From assembly GCA_018781585.1 (NCBI GenBank), contig JADMJT010000006.1, positions 11,116 to 75,115 on the forward strand: a stretch of 64,000 bases of DNA, written 5' to 3'. The position numbers and the translations under genes are program-made. The notes below the pieces were generated by a model. The model saw nothing but the letters and a program-made list of their open reading frames with translations, did not search any database and was not told the origin of the DNA. Source of the DNA: Burkholderiales bacterium. GTDB taxonomy: Bacteria > Pseudomonadota > Gammaproteobacteria > Burkholderiales > Thiobacteraceae. This document shows, piece after piece, positions 29,789-39,689 of the stretch (its first letter is position 1; each line of letters begins with the position of its first letter).

Positions 29789-31627
29789 TTATGTTGGAAT
29801 GAAGCCCCTACGACCATGGCTTGCGCCGGTAAATCTGATGACATTGATTGCCCCATCAAGATCATGAGGAGGGTCTTCATTTTCAAAGATAATTACTTGT
29901 GCACTTGAAAATTCATCGGCTATCGAACGATAGAAAGCGTCTTTTACGTCTCTGCTGAATTCACCCTCATCAGTATCTGGCTCTCTGTACACGACCAAAG
30001 GTGAGTCAATAACAACAAGACCAGGATGGGGCAAGGACTCATCTAAGCAAAGCCGCATCAACGCGAGATTGAATGCTGCATGAGCAATAGCACGCACACC
30101 CTTTCCGTGACTGGTTCTGCCGCGACCAGAAATAATTATGTCTTGGTCATCTTCACTGAATGTAACGCGGCCTAGGTCAGGAAAATGCCACTCCTTCAAT
30201 AGGTACTCAACTTCCTGACAAAAATCTTCCGCCTCATCAGCACCGACTCTAGTTGACTCCCCCCCCGAGTTTTTCTCTTGCTTCAGGTTTCTCACTTCAT
30301 GTAACAGCACTGTTAACTCTTCCGCACGAGTGTGAATGTCGAGGGCGGCACGGTATGTATCCCGTTCAGATTCGCTGTTTTTAAGCTTTTGCAGGGCACC
30401 ATTCATTCTTGGCCTAATGCGATCGTTAAGCTCTTCTGTGATTGCCTTCAGTTCAAGCTGCGATTCCTTGCCGACAGTTGTAATTCGATCAATTTCAGCA
30501 TCGTTCGATTGCCGGGTTGACTGCAAATCCGCAAGTAATACTCTAATCTTGTTCGCCTCGGCAAGGCATGCAGTTGCTACGTTATCAGGCGCGGCGTTGG
30601 GCAAACGGTGTGTGTGTTCATGGTGCTCAGCAACAGAGCCGCAGACTGGGCAACGCTCTTCCTTCATCTGAGCCAGCCGAGTACCTGCCTCTGCAATGGT
30701 CTCAAGTCGTCGTAGATCAGAAGCGTACTGTTGTTGCAAAAGTTGGAATCTTTGCTGTAGCTCGGTTAACACATCTTTTCGTGATTCCAGTTGGCGAAGA
30801 TGTGTCCAAACTGTTCGGCGTTTATCCTCAAGCGGAGCGACGGCCTTTTGCTCGGCAGCAAGTTCCTCTGATGCATCGGCGTGCAACGCCTCAGCCTGAG
30901 TAAACTGCTGCCTCCACTCGGTCACATTCCCAGCTAGATTTAGCTCGCTCAATTTCTGTTTTGTGCGATCCAATAGTATCTCTAGCACTTCTGTTTTACC
31001 TTGTTGCTTTCCTCTGGCTATCTTGATGTCTTCTTTTGAAATAACGCTCGCATCATCGCTTCCCGCCAATAGAAGACGAAAAACAGAGCTTTCAACAGGA
31101 CGGGTCGAGTACCCGCCGCGCAGAGAGTAGATTGGCGACAACTCACGAATTATGGTTTCTTCATTCACAAGAATTAGTCGAGCAAGATCACGAAAACTAA
31201 ATGGGCGTGTTGTCCCGCGCCGGTTAGTACGAACTGTCTTACCAGCCAAGCAGGATAAGTTCAAAAGTAAATTAGAAATAGTATCGGTGGCACCATCTCG
31301 ATGCTTTCTGCCAAGAATTTTTTTCACTCCGTTCTGGTCATAGAAATTAAAGTCTCCGCCCTTAATGCTTCGCTCTAATATAATTTCTGCTTCATCGTTC
31401 TCCTGGCAAAGAGCGATCTGAACCAAATCGTAGGGCGCAGCTTCGGGTACAGGTTTGGGTGATTTACTCGCGCCAAACATGAAGTCGATACACTGAAAGA
31501 TGAAGGTCTTACCTGTATCCGATGGGCCAGATACGACATTTAGGCCAGTTCTAAAACGAACCTCAGCATTGGGGACGCCCGTACCCATGAGTGTAATGCG
31601 CGAAATATAAAATCTAGTCACTGCCAT
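29789..31627 (-). CDS. lmuB: SMC/Rad50-like ABC ATPase with coiled coil and CxxC hook (Lamassu LmuB / ABC-3C ATPase)
   Basis: The start is taken at the ATG at 31627 (MAVTRFYISRI), which overlaps the upstream stop by 10 nt. Walker A GPSDTGKT. A long heptad-rich middle contains EERCPVCGS. The C-terminal region carries VVIDSPL (Walker B-like). Confidence 0.75.
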   Translation of the reverse strand: MAVTRFYISRITLMGTGVPNAEVRFRTGLNVVSGPSDTGKTFIFQCIDFMFGASKSPKPVPEAAPYDLVQIALCQENDEAEIILERSIKGGDFNFYDQNGVKKILGRKHRDGATDTISNLLLNLSCLAGKTVRTNRRGTTRPFSFRDLARLILVNEETIIRELSPIYSLRGGYSTRPVESSVFRLLLAGSDDASVISKEDIKIARGKQQGKTEVLEILLDRTKQKLSELNLAGNVTEWRQQFTQAEALHADASEELAAEQKAVAPLEDKRRTVWTHLRQLESRKDVLTELQQRFQLLQQQYASDLRRLETIAEAGTRLAQMKEERCPVCGSVAEHHEHTHRLPNAAPDNVATACLAEANKIRVLLADLQSTRQSNDAEIDRITTVGKESQLELKAITEELNDRIRPRMNGALQKLKNSESERDTYRAALDIHTRAEELTVLLHEVRNLKQEKNSGGESTRVGADEAEDFCQEVEYLLKEWHFPDLGRVTFSEDDQDIIISGRGRTSHGKGVRAIAHAAFNLALMRLCLDESLPHPGLVVIDSPLVVYREPDTDEGEFSRDVKDAFYRSIADEFSSAQVIIFENEDPPHDLDGAINVIRFTGASHGRRGFIPT

Positions 31628-32142
31628 GAGACCTCCTGGGCATTCAACACTGACTCCATCTCGAACTCGGCCCCCCACTCGCCAACATGCTTTTCAGCGA
31701 GCTGCGTAATTTCGTTGTCAGACAAGCCCCCAAATTCCGTAACTAACCATGCTGCCCTTTCGCGAAGGTGTGCCAAATACTCCGAGCTTAATACATCAAG
31801 GAAACCAGCCGAACGGTCTGTCGCGGAAAAAAGGACACCGTGTTCCGTGTAATGGCGGTCAATAAGGCCCCGGCTGAGGAATAGCAGCAATCCATCTTCC
31901 AGCATGCTGCGGCGTACCAGCAATTCGCCACTACGATGCGGCGTCTGCGGATGAAGACCAATCGGCCCGCCAGGAATGTCGTCCGAGTGCACGAGCAAAT
32001 AGTCAAAGACAACAAGTCGTTGCAACGAGAGTGCCGAGGGATATGAATCGTTCAAAATGGCCAAAGCACGAAGTCCAATCTCAACGGGGCCGTTGAAGGG
32101 CGAGGGGAGGCGTGGCTGGTGTTGAGTAATCACTTTACCCAC
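31618..32142 (-). CDS. lmuC: small middle component of the three-gene ABC system (LmuC-like)
   Basis: 174 aa with a GTG start overlapping the upstream stop by 13 nt. I recognise no enzymatic motif. The call rests on its position between the effector and the SMC-like ATPase. Confidence 0.55.
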   Translation of the reverse strand: MGKVITQHQPRLPSPFNGPVEIGLRALAILNDSYPSALSLQRLVVFDYLLVHSDDIPGGPIGLHPQTPHRSGELLVRRSMLEDGLLLFLSRGLIDRHYTEHGVLFSATDRSAGFLDVLSSEYLAHLRERAAWLVTEFGGLSDNEITQLAEKHVGEWGAEFEMESVLNAQEVSWQ

Positions 32143-33236
32143 CTAACTTTCTTGTCGTTTGCAAGCTGATGGCAGATACCGCCGCGATCCCGCACCGACA
32201 ATCTAGCATTTAGCGCGTGGCCTGTTAGCTGTAAAAGCCGTGCCGTCTTTACAACAGCCATAACCCGCCGGTATCCATCTTCGTGATGGGTGCGGAAATC
32301 ATCTTTAATCCCGCCGTGAACATCTTCTTGAAGCTTCTCGAATTCACCTGGTGGCAATGTGTCACGTGAAAATGCTCGCAGTGCCTCTGCACTATAGAAC
32401 TCAAGCCGAGAGTCACTGAAGTGTTCACATACGTCAGTCTCGCTTGCGATGTCACCGATGCGATCCACATTCCGCTTTAGGTGATCGGCGTATGCGTCTA
32501 ATAGCTGCCGCACATAATTCGCCTCGTGGTCTGCTGGATCATCTGGTGGCGTGTCCACTGGCGGCCTTAGTGGCAGCCCCCCTCCAAATCGTGCGACATG
32601 CCAACGTGTCTTTGCATGTTCATCAATGATCCGAAGTGGTGGAATAGCACTGAAGATCGAAAAATCTAGCCCATTGATGTATGCCGTGAGCGTGTCGTCA
32701 AGCTCAATGGTTGCAGTTGAAGTAATGCCCGCTCGGCAGTGCGCATCCCAATTGGCTATGAGCTGAGCACGCAGCTCGCTCGGTTTCTTTAGCATATTGG
32801 CCAGTTTTGTTCCTGCACCTTGTGGTGCCACGAAGAAATAGTGCCGGGGGTAGCTGTAGTCCCCGCGCCGAGTGTAGTAGACGAGCTTACCAAGTTCCAC
32901 CCAAATGTCCCCCGGACGCAGTGGGTCTTGATAGTGTTTGCACTGATAGTTGTCCCACTTGCTGTTGTCGAGCTTGCACGTCGCAATAACGTCCCGCCCC
33001 ATGTCCCCAGCACCCCCGCAACGCTCTACAAGGCTGTACTCATTACGGAGCGAGTCGGCCCACTCAAGAACAAATTCCTCCCACTGCCGGTCGCTAAAAA
33101 TCTTAATGCGCTCAATGGCAGGAATGGGAAGCCCTAGAGCAACAAAATCGGGTGGGACAGCAGCGGGTGCTGCGGGCGTTGGTAATGGCTTCGTTTGTGG
33201 GAACGCTGTCATATGGCTACTCCAAAAATAGTCCAT
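32130..33236 (-). CDS. lmuA: effector: Mrr/PD-(D/E)xK-like restriction-endonuclease fold N-terminus plus an ABC-3C-type C-terminal domain (LmuA-like)
   Basis: 368 aa. The nuclease-like core is GGAGDMGRDVIATC...WDNYQCKHY (D...QxK). The C-terminal region ends GGICHQLANDKKVRWVK. Confidence 0.6.
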   Translation of the reverse strand: MDYFWSSHMTAFPQTKPLPTPAAPAAVPPDFVALGLPIPAIERIKIFSDRQWEEFVLEWADSLRNEYSLVERCGGAGDMGRDVIATCKLDNSKWDNYQCKHYQDPLRPGDIWVELGKLVYYTRRGDYSYPRHYFFVAPQGAGTKLANMLKKPSELRAQLIANWDAHCRAGITSTATIELDDTLTAYINGLDFSIFSAIPPLRIIDEHAKTRWHVARFGGGLPLRPPVDTPPDDPADHEANYVRQLLDAYADHLKRNVDRIGDIASETDVCEHFSDSRLEFYSAEALRAFSRDTLPPGEFEKLQEDVHGGIKDDFRTHHEDGYRRVMAVVKTARLLQLTGHALNARLSVRDRGGICHQLANDKKVRWVK

Positions 33237-33248
33237 CCGTGAAGCTGT

Positions 33249-36038
33249 CTATACCACCTTAAACACCTTCATCACCTCATCCCCCAGGTGATTGATAACC
33301 TTTACCGCAATCCGCCCTGACTTGGGTTTGTCGAAAGGCCGTGAGGTGTCGCTGTTGAGCGATGCCCAGGCTTCTTCGTTAATCTCAGCTTTGAGGGTGG
33401 TCTTGAGTGCTTTGTAGGGATCGTTTGCGCCCAAGAAATATGCATGGCGGACGAAGAAGCTTTCTTCGTTGTAGTCGGTGTCGATGAACCAGCAGGCGAT
33501 GCCTTCGGCGCCATCGCTGCGGACTTCTCCGGTGTTGGGGTGGAATACGTCCACGCCGTTGACCTTGACGCGGACTTGACCGGCTTCGGCTTCGATAATG
33601 TCGATGTCCGGCTCGCCGAAGATGACGAAGAGGTTGCCCTTGCCGGTATTTTTGAGATCGTCGGCCATATGCAGATCGGCGTTCATGCGCGCCTTGAGCA
33701 CGGGGATGCGGCCGAGTTTGTCGAATTCCGTTGAACGGGCGTCGTAGTTGAAGGCGCAGGCGATGAGCACATCGAAACCGGCATCGCCCGCTTCGCGTGC
33801 GGCTTCCACCAAGTCAGGGCGGGAGACGGTGCCAAACTCAGGTCCGATGAAGATGGCTGCGCGTTTTTCGCCGCCTGCATCCTCGTATCTCCCTTCGGCG
33901 CAGACCAGATCGCCCGGCCACGGAGTGAGGGAGGTAAAATTTATTTTGTCTTCCTTGTGCGCCTGCTGCACGCCAGCGGTTTTGAGATTTTCCAGGATCA
34001 TCTGGACGAAGTCGCGTTCCTCGCCGTAGCCTGCTTCTGTCTGGGCAGCGCGGTCGATCAGCTCGTCGTTTTCATCCACGGTCAGCACGCGGTGCGGCGA
34101 AAGGCTCTCCACCGTAAAGGGGCCAGCCACGCGAACCTTTTTCTTGTCCTCGTAAGGCTTGTCGTAGAGGTATTCGTGCTCAGCCTTGGCGGCGATGGAG
34201 GCGTCGATTTCTTTCTGGCGGGCGATGCGCGCACTCCACCAGTCAGTGTGCAATTTTTTCGCTGCGTCGGGCCACTTGGCGTCAGCCTCGCGGGGGATTT
34301 CCCATTCATGCCATTGCTTGCCCAGAGCCTTGTTCAGCTGTTCTCGTAGCGGCTCCAGCGTCTTCTGGAACTTGTCCCAAATCACGTCGATCTCGGCGTT
34401 GTTGGCGATGGATTTCAGGGTGACGTGCGGCACGCGCTCATAGACGAAGCCTTGGCGGATGTTGCCGCGTGTGGGCTGACTGGATGGCACGCTGCGGGTG
34501 ATTTCACCTTCCTTGACCTGCCCGTCGCGGCTGTCGGCGAGTAGGTAAAAGGGATAACGGGCGCCCATGATGCGGGCGCGGGCCAGGGCCAGCGCGACGC
34601 GGGAGGTGTCGAGGGTAATCCAGCGACGGCCCCACTGCTCGGCGACATAGGCAGTGGTGCCGGAGCCGCAGGTAGGGTCGAGGACGAGGTCGCCGGGATC
34701 GGTGGCCATCAAGAGACAACGCTCAACCACCTTGGTATGAGTCTGCACAACATAAGTTGGGTCGTCTTCGCCTCTCGTGTCATTCCAGACGTGAGATAGT
34801 TCTCGGTAAGGAAAATCATTGAAGTAGCGTTTGTAAATCCGCAAGCCCGACTGCTGGAGAAGTCGGCCAATTTTCCACAGCCGCCTGATGCCATCCGCCT
34901 GCGTCTTCCAATGACGATTTGGTTTGCAAGACAAAACAATCTTCTTGCCGCGCGCAACAACTTCGATGTCAGGATCATCTCCGCCTTTGGAGACTATGCT
35001 GTCTGTAGTAAGCAGCTTGGCACCGACAGGTAAACTGAGCTTGCCGCCCTCTGTAAAGCCACTAGCCGGCAGAAGCTGACCGTCGTCGAGTTCTACACGC
35101 TTGTATTCTTTTGCTCCAGAGTCACCTGGCGTCGTTTGCTCGTAGAATTTTCGATACTTGATGGCTTCAATTCGCTTGGCGTAAAACACTATGTAGTCAT
35201 GTGTCGTTGGGAGCGTGGAGGTTGTCGAGCCGCTCGTTTTCTGAACGGCGATGAGTGAGCAGAAGTTTTGCTCGCCAAACACCTCGTCCATCACTGCCCT
35301 TACCCGGTGCACATTCTCCTCCCCAATCTGCACAAAAATTGACCCGGAATCGGTCAACAAATCCCGCGCCACGGTCAGCCGGTCGCGCAGGTAGGTGAGA
35401 TAGGAGTGAATACCATCGCGCCAAGTATCGCGAAATGCCTTTACCTGCTCCGGCTCGCGGGTGATGTGGTCGGTGTTGCCGTCCTTCACGTCGCGGCTGG
35501 TGGTGGACCACTGAAAGTTGGAGTTGAATTTGATGCCATAGGGCGGATCGAAATAGATGCACTGCACCTTGCCGCGCAGCCCTTCACGCTCGGCAAGACT
35601 GGCCATGACTTGCAGGCTGTCGCCGAGGATCATGCGGTTGGCCCAGTGGGCATCGTGCTGGTAGAACTCGGTCTTGGCGTTGTCGTCGGGCAGGCCGTTG
35701 AAGTCGGCGAAGAGGTCATCCATTGTGCCCGGTTGCATTTTCTCACTCGCCTCGGTACGTCGGTGCAGGTCGTCGATGAGTACCTTGGGGTGGACCTTCT
35801 CCTGGATGTAGAGCGGCGGCGCATGAACGACGAGATCAGACCAGTCCTGCTCATCCTTGCCGCGCCACACAAGTTGCGGGTCAAGATCGCGGTTGCGGCG
35901 TTCATAGGCCACGCGGACGGGGCTTTGCTCTTCCTTCTGCATCACCGACTGGTATTCGGCGGTAGGAATGTTTTTGCGCGTGGCCTCGTCGTGCTTGAGG
36001 GTTTCGACGGTGAGCTTGGATGTGGGTTTTTTGGCCAT
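33249..36038 (-). CDS. mod: type III-like DNA methyltransferase (Mod; N6A/N4C beta class)
   Basis: 929 aa. Motif IV IYFDPPYGIKF precedes motif I VLDPTCGSGTTAYVA. The start lies 1 nt after the res stop. Confidence 0.85.
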   Translation of the reverse strand: MAKKPTSKLTVETLKHDEATRKNIPTAEYQSVMQKEEQSPVRVAYERRNRDLDPQLVWRGKDEQDWSDLVVHAPPLYIQEKVHPKVLIDDLHRRTEASEKMQPGTMDDLFADFNGLPDDNAKTEFYQHDAHWANRMILGDSLQVMASLAEREGLRGKVQCIYFDPPYGIKFNSNFQWSTTSRDVKDGNTDHITREPEQVKAFRDTWRDGIHSYLTYLRDRLTVARDLLTDSGSIFVQIGEENVHRVRAVMDEVFGEQNFCSLIAVQKTSGSTTSTLPTTHDYIVFYAKRIEAIKYRKFYEQTTPGDSGAKEYKRVELDDGQLLPASGFTEGGKLSLPVGAKLLTTDSIVSKGGDDPDIEVVARGKKIVLSCKPNRHWKTQADGIRRLWKIGRLLQQSGLRIYKRYFNDFPYRELSHVWNDTRGEDDPTYVVQTHTKVVERCLLMATDPGDLVLDPTCGSGTTAYVAEQWGRRWITLDTSRVALALARARIMGARYPFYLLADSRDGQVKEGEITRSVPSSQPTRGNIRQGFVYERVPHVTLKSIANNAEIDVIWDKFQKTLEPLREQLNKALGKQWHEWEIPREADAKWPDAAKKLHTDWWSARIARQKEIDASIAAKAEHEYLYDKPYEDKKKVRVAGPFTVESLSPHRVLTVDENDELIDRAAQTEAGYGEERDFVQMILENLKTAGVQQAHKEDKINFTSLTPWPGDLVCAEGRYEDAGGEKRAAIFIGPEFGTVSRPDLVEAAREAGDAGFDVLIACAFNYDARSTEFDKLGRIPVLKARMNADLHMADDLKNTGKGNLFVIFGEPDIDIIEAEAGQVRVKVNGVDVFHPNTGEVRSDGAEGIACWFIDTDYNEESFFVRHAYFLGANDPYKALKTTLKAEINEEAWASLNSDTSRPFDKPKSGRIAVKVINHLGDEVMKVFKVV

Positions 36039-36039
36039 A

Positions 36040-39000
36040 TTAAATTTCCTCCACCGCTGACTGGGTGGCCACTGAATCGATCATTTTATTGAACTCGGCT
36101 TCGACCTTCTTTGCGAAGTCGTGCTGCATTTGGTACACCTCGGTAAATTCCGCAAAGGCCCAGCGACCGTAGTTGCCCAGGTTGTTCACGCCGGGCACCC
36201 AGTAGATGTCCATGGTGTTTTTCTTTTCCTTGGCGTCTTCGCGGCGATAGCCCTTAATTTCGACAATGAGATGCAGCAAGTCGTCTTCGCCGTGGCCGTC
36301 ATCAACCAGCACGATGAAGTCTGGGATGTACTTGCGCGTTTCGGAGCCATAACGATATGGAACTTCCAGCCCGAGGTTGTGGTTTTTGACATAGGCTTTG
36401 ACGCGCGGGTGCGACTCTGCGACGCGGCAGAATTCACCCTCCCAGTCGCTGTCGAGGATCACCCAGTTGAGGTGGCAACGGCGGGCATCGGTCTCCCAGC
36501 GGTCCATCTTCGAGGTGTTGAAGTTGACATGCGCAGTGCTGCCCACTGGGTTGTAGGGGTCGAGCACGGCTTTGATCGGACGTTTGCCTAGATCAGATCG
36601 CGTGATGCCTGCCACGATGCGCTCGCAGGCCATATCGGCCAGCATTTTGTATTTGAGTTGCGCCGGATAGGTGCCGCCCTTGCACACCAGATAGCCTTCG
36701 ATCCACTGGCGAGCGATGCGCTTGAGTTGGCCGAACAGGTTGAGTTGAGGATCGCCGTTAGCGTCACGGAATTTTGTCAGTAGCAGATGTGAGGTGAGTT
36801 CGTAGATGACTTGTGATGGACGAACATCGCCGGTGTGTACCAGATTCAAATCCACTGTTTCGCCGATGATCCCGGAATTGCGCGTTTCGGTTGCGCCCAC
36901 CAGATCGGGGGTGAGTTCGAGCACGGAGTCGTCGTTGAATTCAGCGGAGAGACGATCTTCTGGCAACTCGGTGCGATAGCCTTGCACGCGCGGGAATGTA
37001 ATCTCGCAGTCATCACGATCGGGACGGATAGCTTTGACCTGGATGGTCTCGCGCGGTTTTTGCGGCGGCGCGACTACAGGTTTGGCGGTGAAATCGAAGG
37101 GGATGCCCAGCACGTCGGCGTATTCGACGTTGAACAGACCTTCCTCGTTGAGCTCGTAGGACTGGCGGCGCAAGGCGCGGCCAATTACCTGTTCGCACAG
37201 CAACTGGGTGCCGAAGGCGCGCACGCCCAGCACATGGGTGACGGTATTAGCATCCCAACCTTCGGTGAGCATGGATACAGACACGACGCAGCGGATGGAA
37301 TCGCCGAGGCGACCGGACTTGCCGACGGTGTTCATCACCTCGCGCAACAGTGAAGCGTCGTCCAGTTCCTTGCCTGCCCGCAGTTCATCGGCGAGTTTGC
37401 CGCCGCGTTCAAAAATCTCTTTGCGAAATTGAGTTATCTCGTCCGATGCCATATTGCGGAAATTGTCATCCAGGGCATCACCGGATTCGAGTTGCTCGCT
37501 ATCTATCAGCAGAGTGCGCGGACGGCCCAGCGGGTTGCCGTGTTCGTCGTGGTTGCGAAACAGGGCAAAACGTCCTTCCACCAGTTTGCTGGAGCCATCA
37601 TCATGTTGTTGCTGAAAACCGGAGATGTAGTCATAAACCAGCTTGGATGCGGATGTGTTGTTGCATACGACGATGAAGCAAGGCGGCACAGAGATTTTTT
37701 CTTTGGCCCAAAGCTCGAAGGTCTTTTCATAATGACCATATAGTGCTTCGAGTGCGGTCTGCAATTGGGTTGGCAGGTCGAGTGGGTTAAGCGTGTCGCC
37801 TTTGCCGCGCCCTTTCTTTGGCATCTTGGCGCGGATGTGTTCCCACAAATTGCGGAACATGGGCATTTCATTGCCGGGGATGTTATCTGCCACTGGCACG
37901 CGCGGTAGCTTGACGATGCCACATTCGATGGCATCCATCAGCGAGAAGTCGCTCATAGTCCAGGGGAACAAAGTGCCTTCAACATAGCCGGAGCCGCTCA
38001 GAAAGAATGGCGTGGCGGAGAGATCAATGACGCGGGGTACACCCAACTTGCGATTGACGGCTTCGAGGCCGGAAATCCATAAGCGTGCCGCCTCATTGTT
38101 TTCTTCGGCTTCCTTTTTCTCGTCGCCTTTCAGGTCTTCGTCATCGGTTTCTGCCTTCGGCTTTTCGCGGTAGCAGTGATGCGCTTCGTCATTGATGACC
38201 AGGACGTTTTTCATGCCCATCAATTCTGGCATGACACGCTGGAGCATTTGACCTTCGGTTTCGAGGGTGTCGAGTGGATCGCCGCCACGCCCTTGCAGCA
38301 GCAATCGCCCGCCTTTGGATAACTCCATGCGTTCGCGCAGTTTGAATGCGTGGTAGTTGGTGATGACGATTTTGGCGCGCTCCAGATCGCCCATCATGTC
38401 GCTGGGCACCAGTTCACGGCTTTGGTAGTAACTGTCCGGATCATTCGGTTGCAGCACGCGCAGGCGATCCTTGATGGTGAGTCCAGGTGCGACGACCAAA
38501 AAGCCGCGCGTGAATTTTTTGCTGGTGGGGCGGCGCACGGCGTTGATGGTCTGCCAAGCAATCAGCATGGCCATGACGGTGGTCTTGCCCGCACCGGTGG
38601 CCAGTTTCAGCGCCAGCCGCATCAGTTCGGGATTGGCATCGTTGTTGGCATTGGTCAGATAATCCAGAAACCGTTCCGCTGATTTGCCCAACTGGGGTGC
38701 GACTTCAGTCAGCCAGATAAGCGTTTCAACCGCCTCGACCTGACAGAAAAATGGACGAACGCCGCTGAAATTGTGATGCCGCCAATGTTGTAACAGCCGC
38801 GCAGTTTCTGGCGAGACGTGCCAAGTGTTGGGATTGGGTAAAGCACGCCATTTACCTACTTCCTGGCGAACCGCGTTGATGATGGCCGCCGTTTTTTGGT
38901 ATTCCTGCGCTTGGGTAGAGAGCCCCTTGTCATCGTCCAGCAACAACGATGTTTGTTCGGCTTGGCCTTTCCGTTTCTTAGGCTTAGGAAGTGGAGTTAT

Positions 39001-39126
39001 GTATTCTGCAGGACGGCGTTTATCAATTATCTGTTGTGTCGGCTGCCCATGGTCGAGTTCCCAATGACGAGATGGATGCTCGTAGGGGGAGTTGAGGATT
39101 GGTTTCTCGAAAAATTGGTTTTCCAT
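36040..39126 (-). CDS. res: type III-like restriction enzyme Res subunit (SF2 helicase + C-terminal PD-(D/E)xK)
   Basis: The track ORF starts at a TTG (39159); I prefer the ATG at 39126 (MENQFFEKPILNSPYEHP). Motif I LATGAGKTTVMA, motif II VINDEAHH. The nuclease motif is YIPDFIVLVDD...LIVEIKGY. Confidence 0.85.
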   Translation of the reverse strand: MENQFFEKPILNSPYEHPSRHWELDHGQPTQQIIDKRRPAEYITPLPKPKKRKGQAEQTSLLLDDDKGLSTQAQEYQKTAAIINAVRQEVGKWRALPNPNTWHVSPETARLLQHWRHHNFSGVRPFFCQVEAVETLIWLTEVAPQLGKSAERFLDYLTNANNDANPELMRLALKLATGAGKTTVMAMLIAWQTINAVRRPTSKKFTRGFLVVAPGLTIKDRLRVLQPNDPDSYYQSRELVPSDMMGDLERAKIVITNYHAFKLRERMELSKGGRLLLQGRGGDPLDTLETEGQMLQRVMPELMGMKNVLVINDEAHHCYREKPKAETDDEDLKGDEKKEAEENNEAARLWISGLEAVNRKLGVPRVIDLSATPFFLSGSGYVEGTLFPWTMSDFSLMDAIECGIVKLPRVPVADNIPGNEMPMFRNLWEHIRAKMPKKGRGKGDTLNPLDLPTQLQTALEALYGHYEKTFELWAKEKISVPPCFIVVCNNTSASKLVYDYISGFQQQHDDGSSKLVEGRFALFRNHDEHGNPLGRPRTLLIDSEQLESGDALDDNFRNMASDEITQFRKEIFERGGKLADELRAGKELDDASLLREVMNTVGKSGRLGDSIRCVVSVSMLTEGWDANTVTHVLGVRAFGTQLLCEQVIGRALRRQSYELNEEGLFNVEYADVLGIPFDFTAKPVVAPPQKPRETIQVKAIRPDRDDCEITFPRVQGYRTELPEDRLSAEFNDDSVLELTPDLVGATETRNSGIIGETVDLNLVHTGDVRPSQVIYELTSHLLLTKFRDANGDPQLNLFGQLKRIARQWIEGYLVCKGGTYPAQLKYKMLADMACERIVAGITRSDLGKRPIKAVLDPYNPVGSTAHVNFNTSKMDRWETDARRCHLNWVILDSDWEGEFCRVAESHPRVKAYVKNHNLGLEVPYRYGSETRKYIPDFIVLVDDGHGEDDLLHLIVEIKGYRREDAKEKKNTMDIYWVPGVNNLGNYGRWAFAEFTEVYQMQHDFAKKVEAEFNKMIDSVATQSAVEEI

Positions 39127-39323
39127 ATTATGTTTTCTGAGGATCAATCCAATATTCAAATAGAGGCATGATGCCGTGCTCCGAGCTCACAGAGTGAGCT
39201 ACTCCCCGTAATTCGCCTGAGTTTTACCAAGCGCATTTACCACAATTTCACGCAATGCCTACGGTTCTAATACTTCTACTTCTAGCCCATGCTTCATGGA
39301 TATCGTTTTCTAAAAAACCCTTT

Positions 39324-39551
39324 TTATTCCTTGCCTGCTGGGCCAGGCGATCCTTCCACTATTTCCAATAGATCCCCTACTTCGCATTCGAATAAGCGGC
39401 ATATTTTTTCGATAGCGATCAGGTCTATGCGCTCTGCTTTCTCGTGGTAGAGCAAGGCAATCGTGTTTCGATTCAAGTCAGTAGCCTTCGCCACGTCGGC
39501 AATTTTCATCTTGTGCTCGCCCATTAGGCGGGACAGGTGGCACTTAATCAT
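39324..39551 (-). CDS. XRE/Cro-type HTH transcriptional regulator (possible controller protein of the downstream array)
   Basis: 75 aa. HTH KIADVAKATDLNRNTIALLYHEK. Same strand as res and upstream of it. Divergent from the AAA+ gene. Confidence 0.8.
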   Translation of the reverse strand: MIKCHLSRLMGEHKMKIADVAKATDLNRNTIALLYHEKAERIDLIAIEKICRLFECEVGDLLEIVEGSPGPAGKE

Positions 39552-39689
39552 TTAGACACTCCAAAATACGAAACGCTACTTTGAATAGCGTAACAACCGT
39601 CAAGAACGCAAAAAGACTTTACAAATGCCATTTAACCGGCTAGAGTGCCATTCAGAATGACAAACCGCCTGTCTAGGAAGGAAGCTGTT

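Noticed and set aside
35406-36092. 228-aa plus-strand ORF
   Set aside because: Antisense to the Mod methyltransferase gene.
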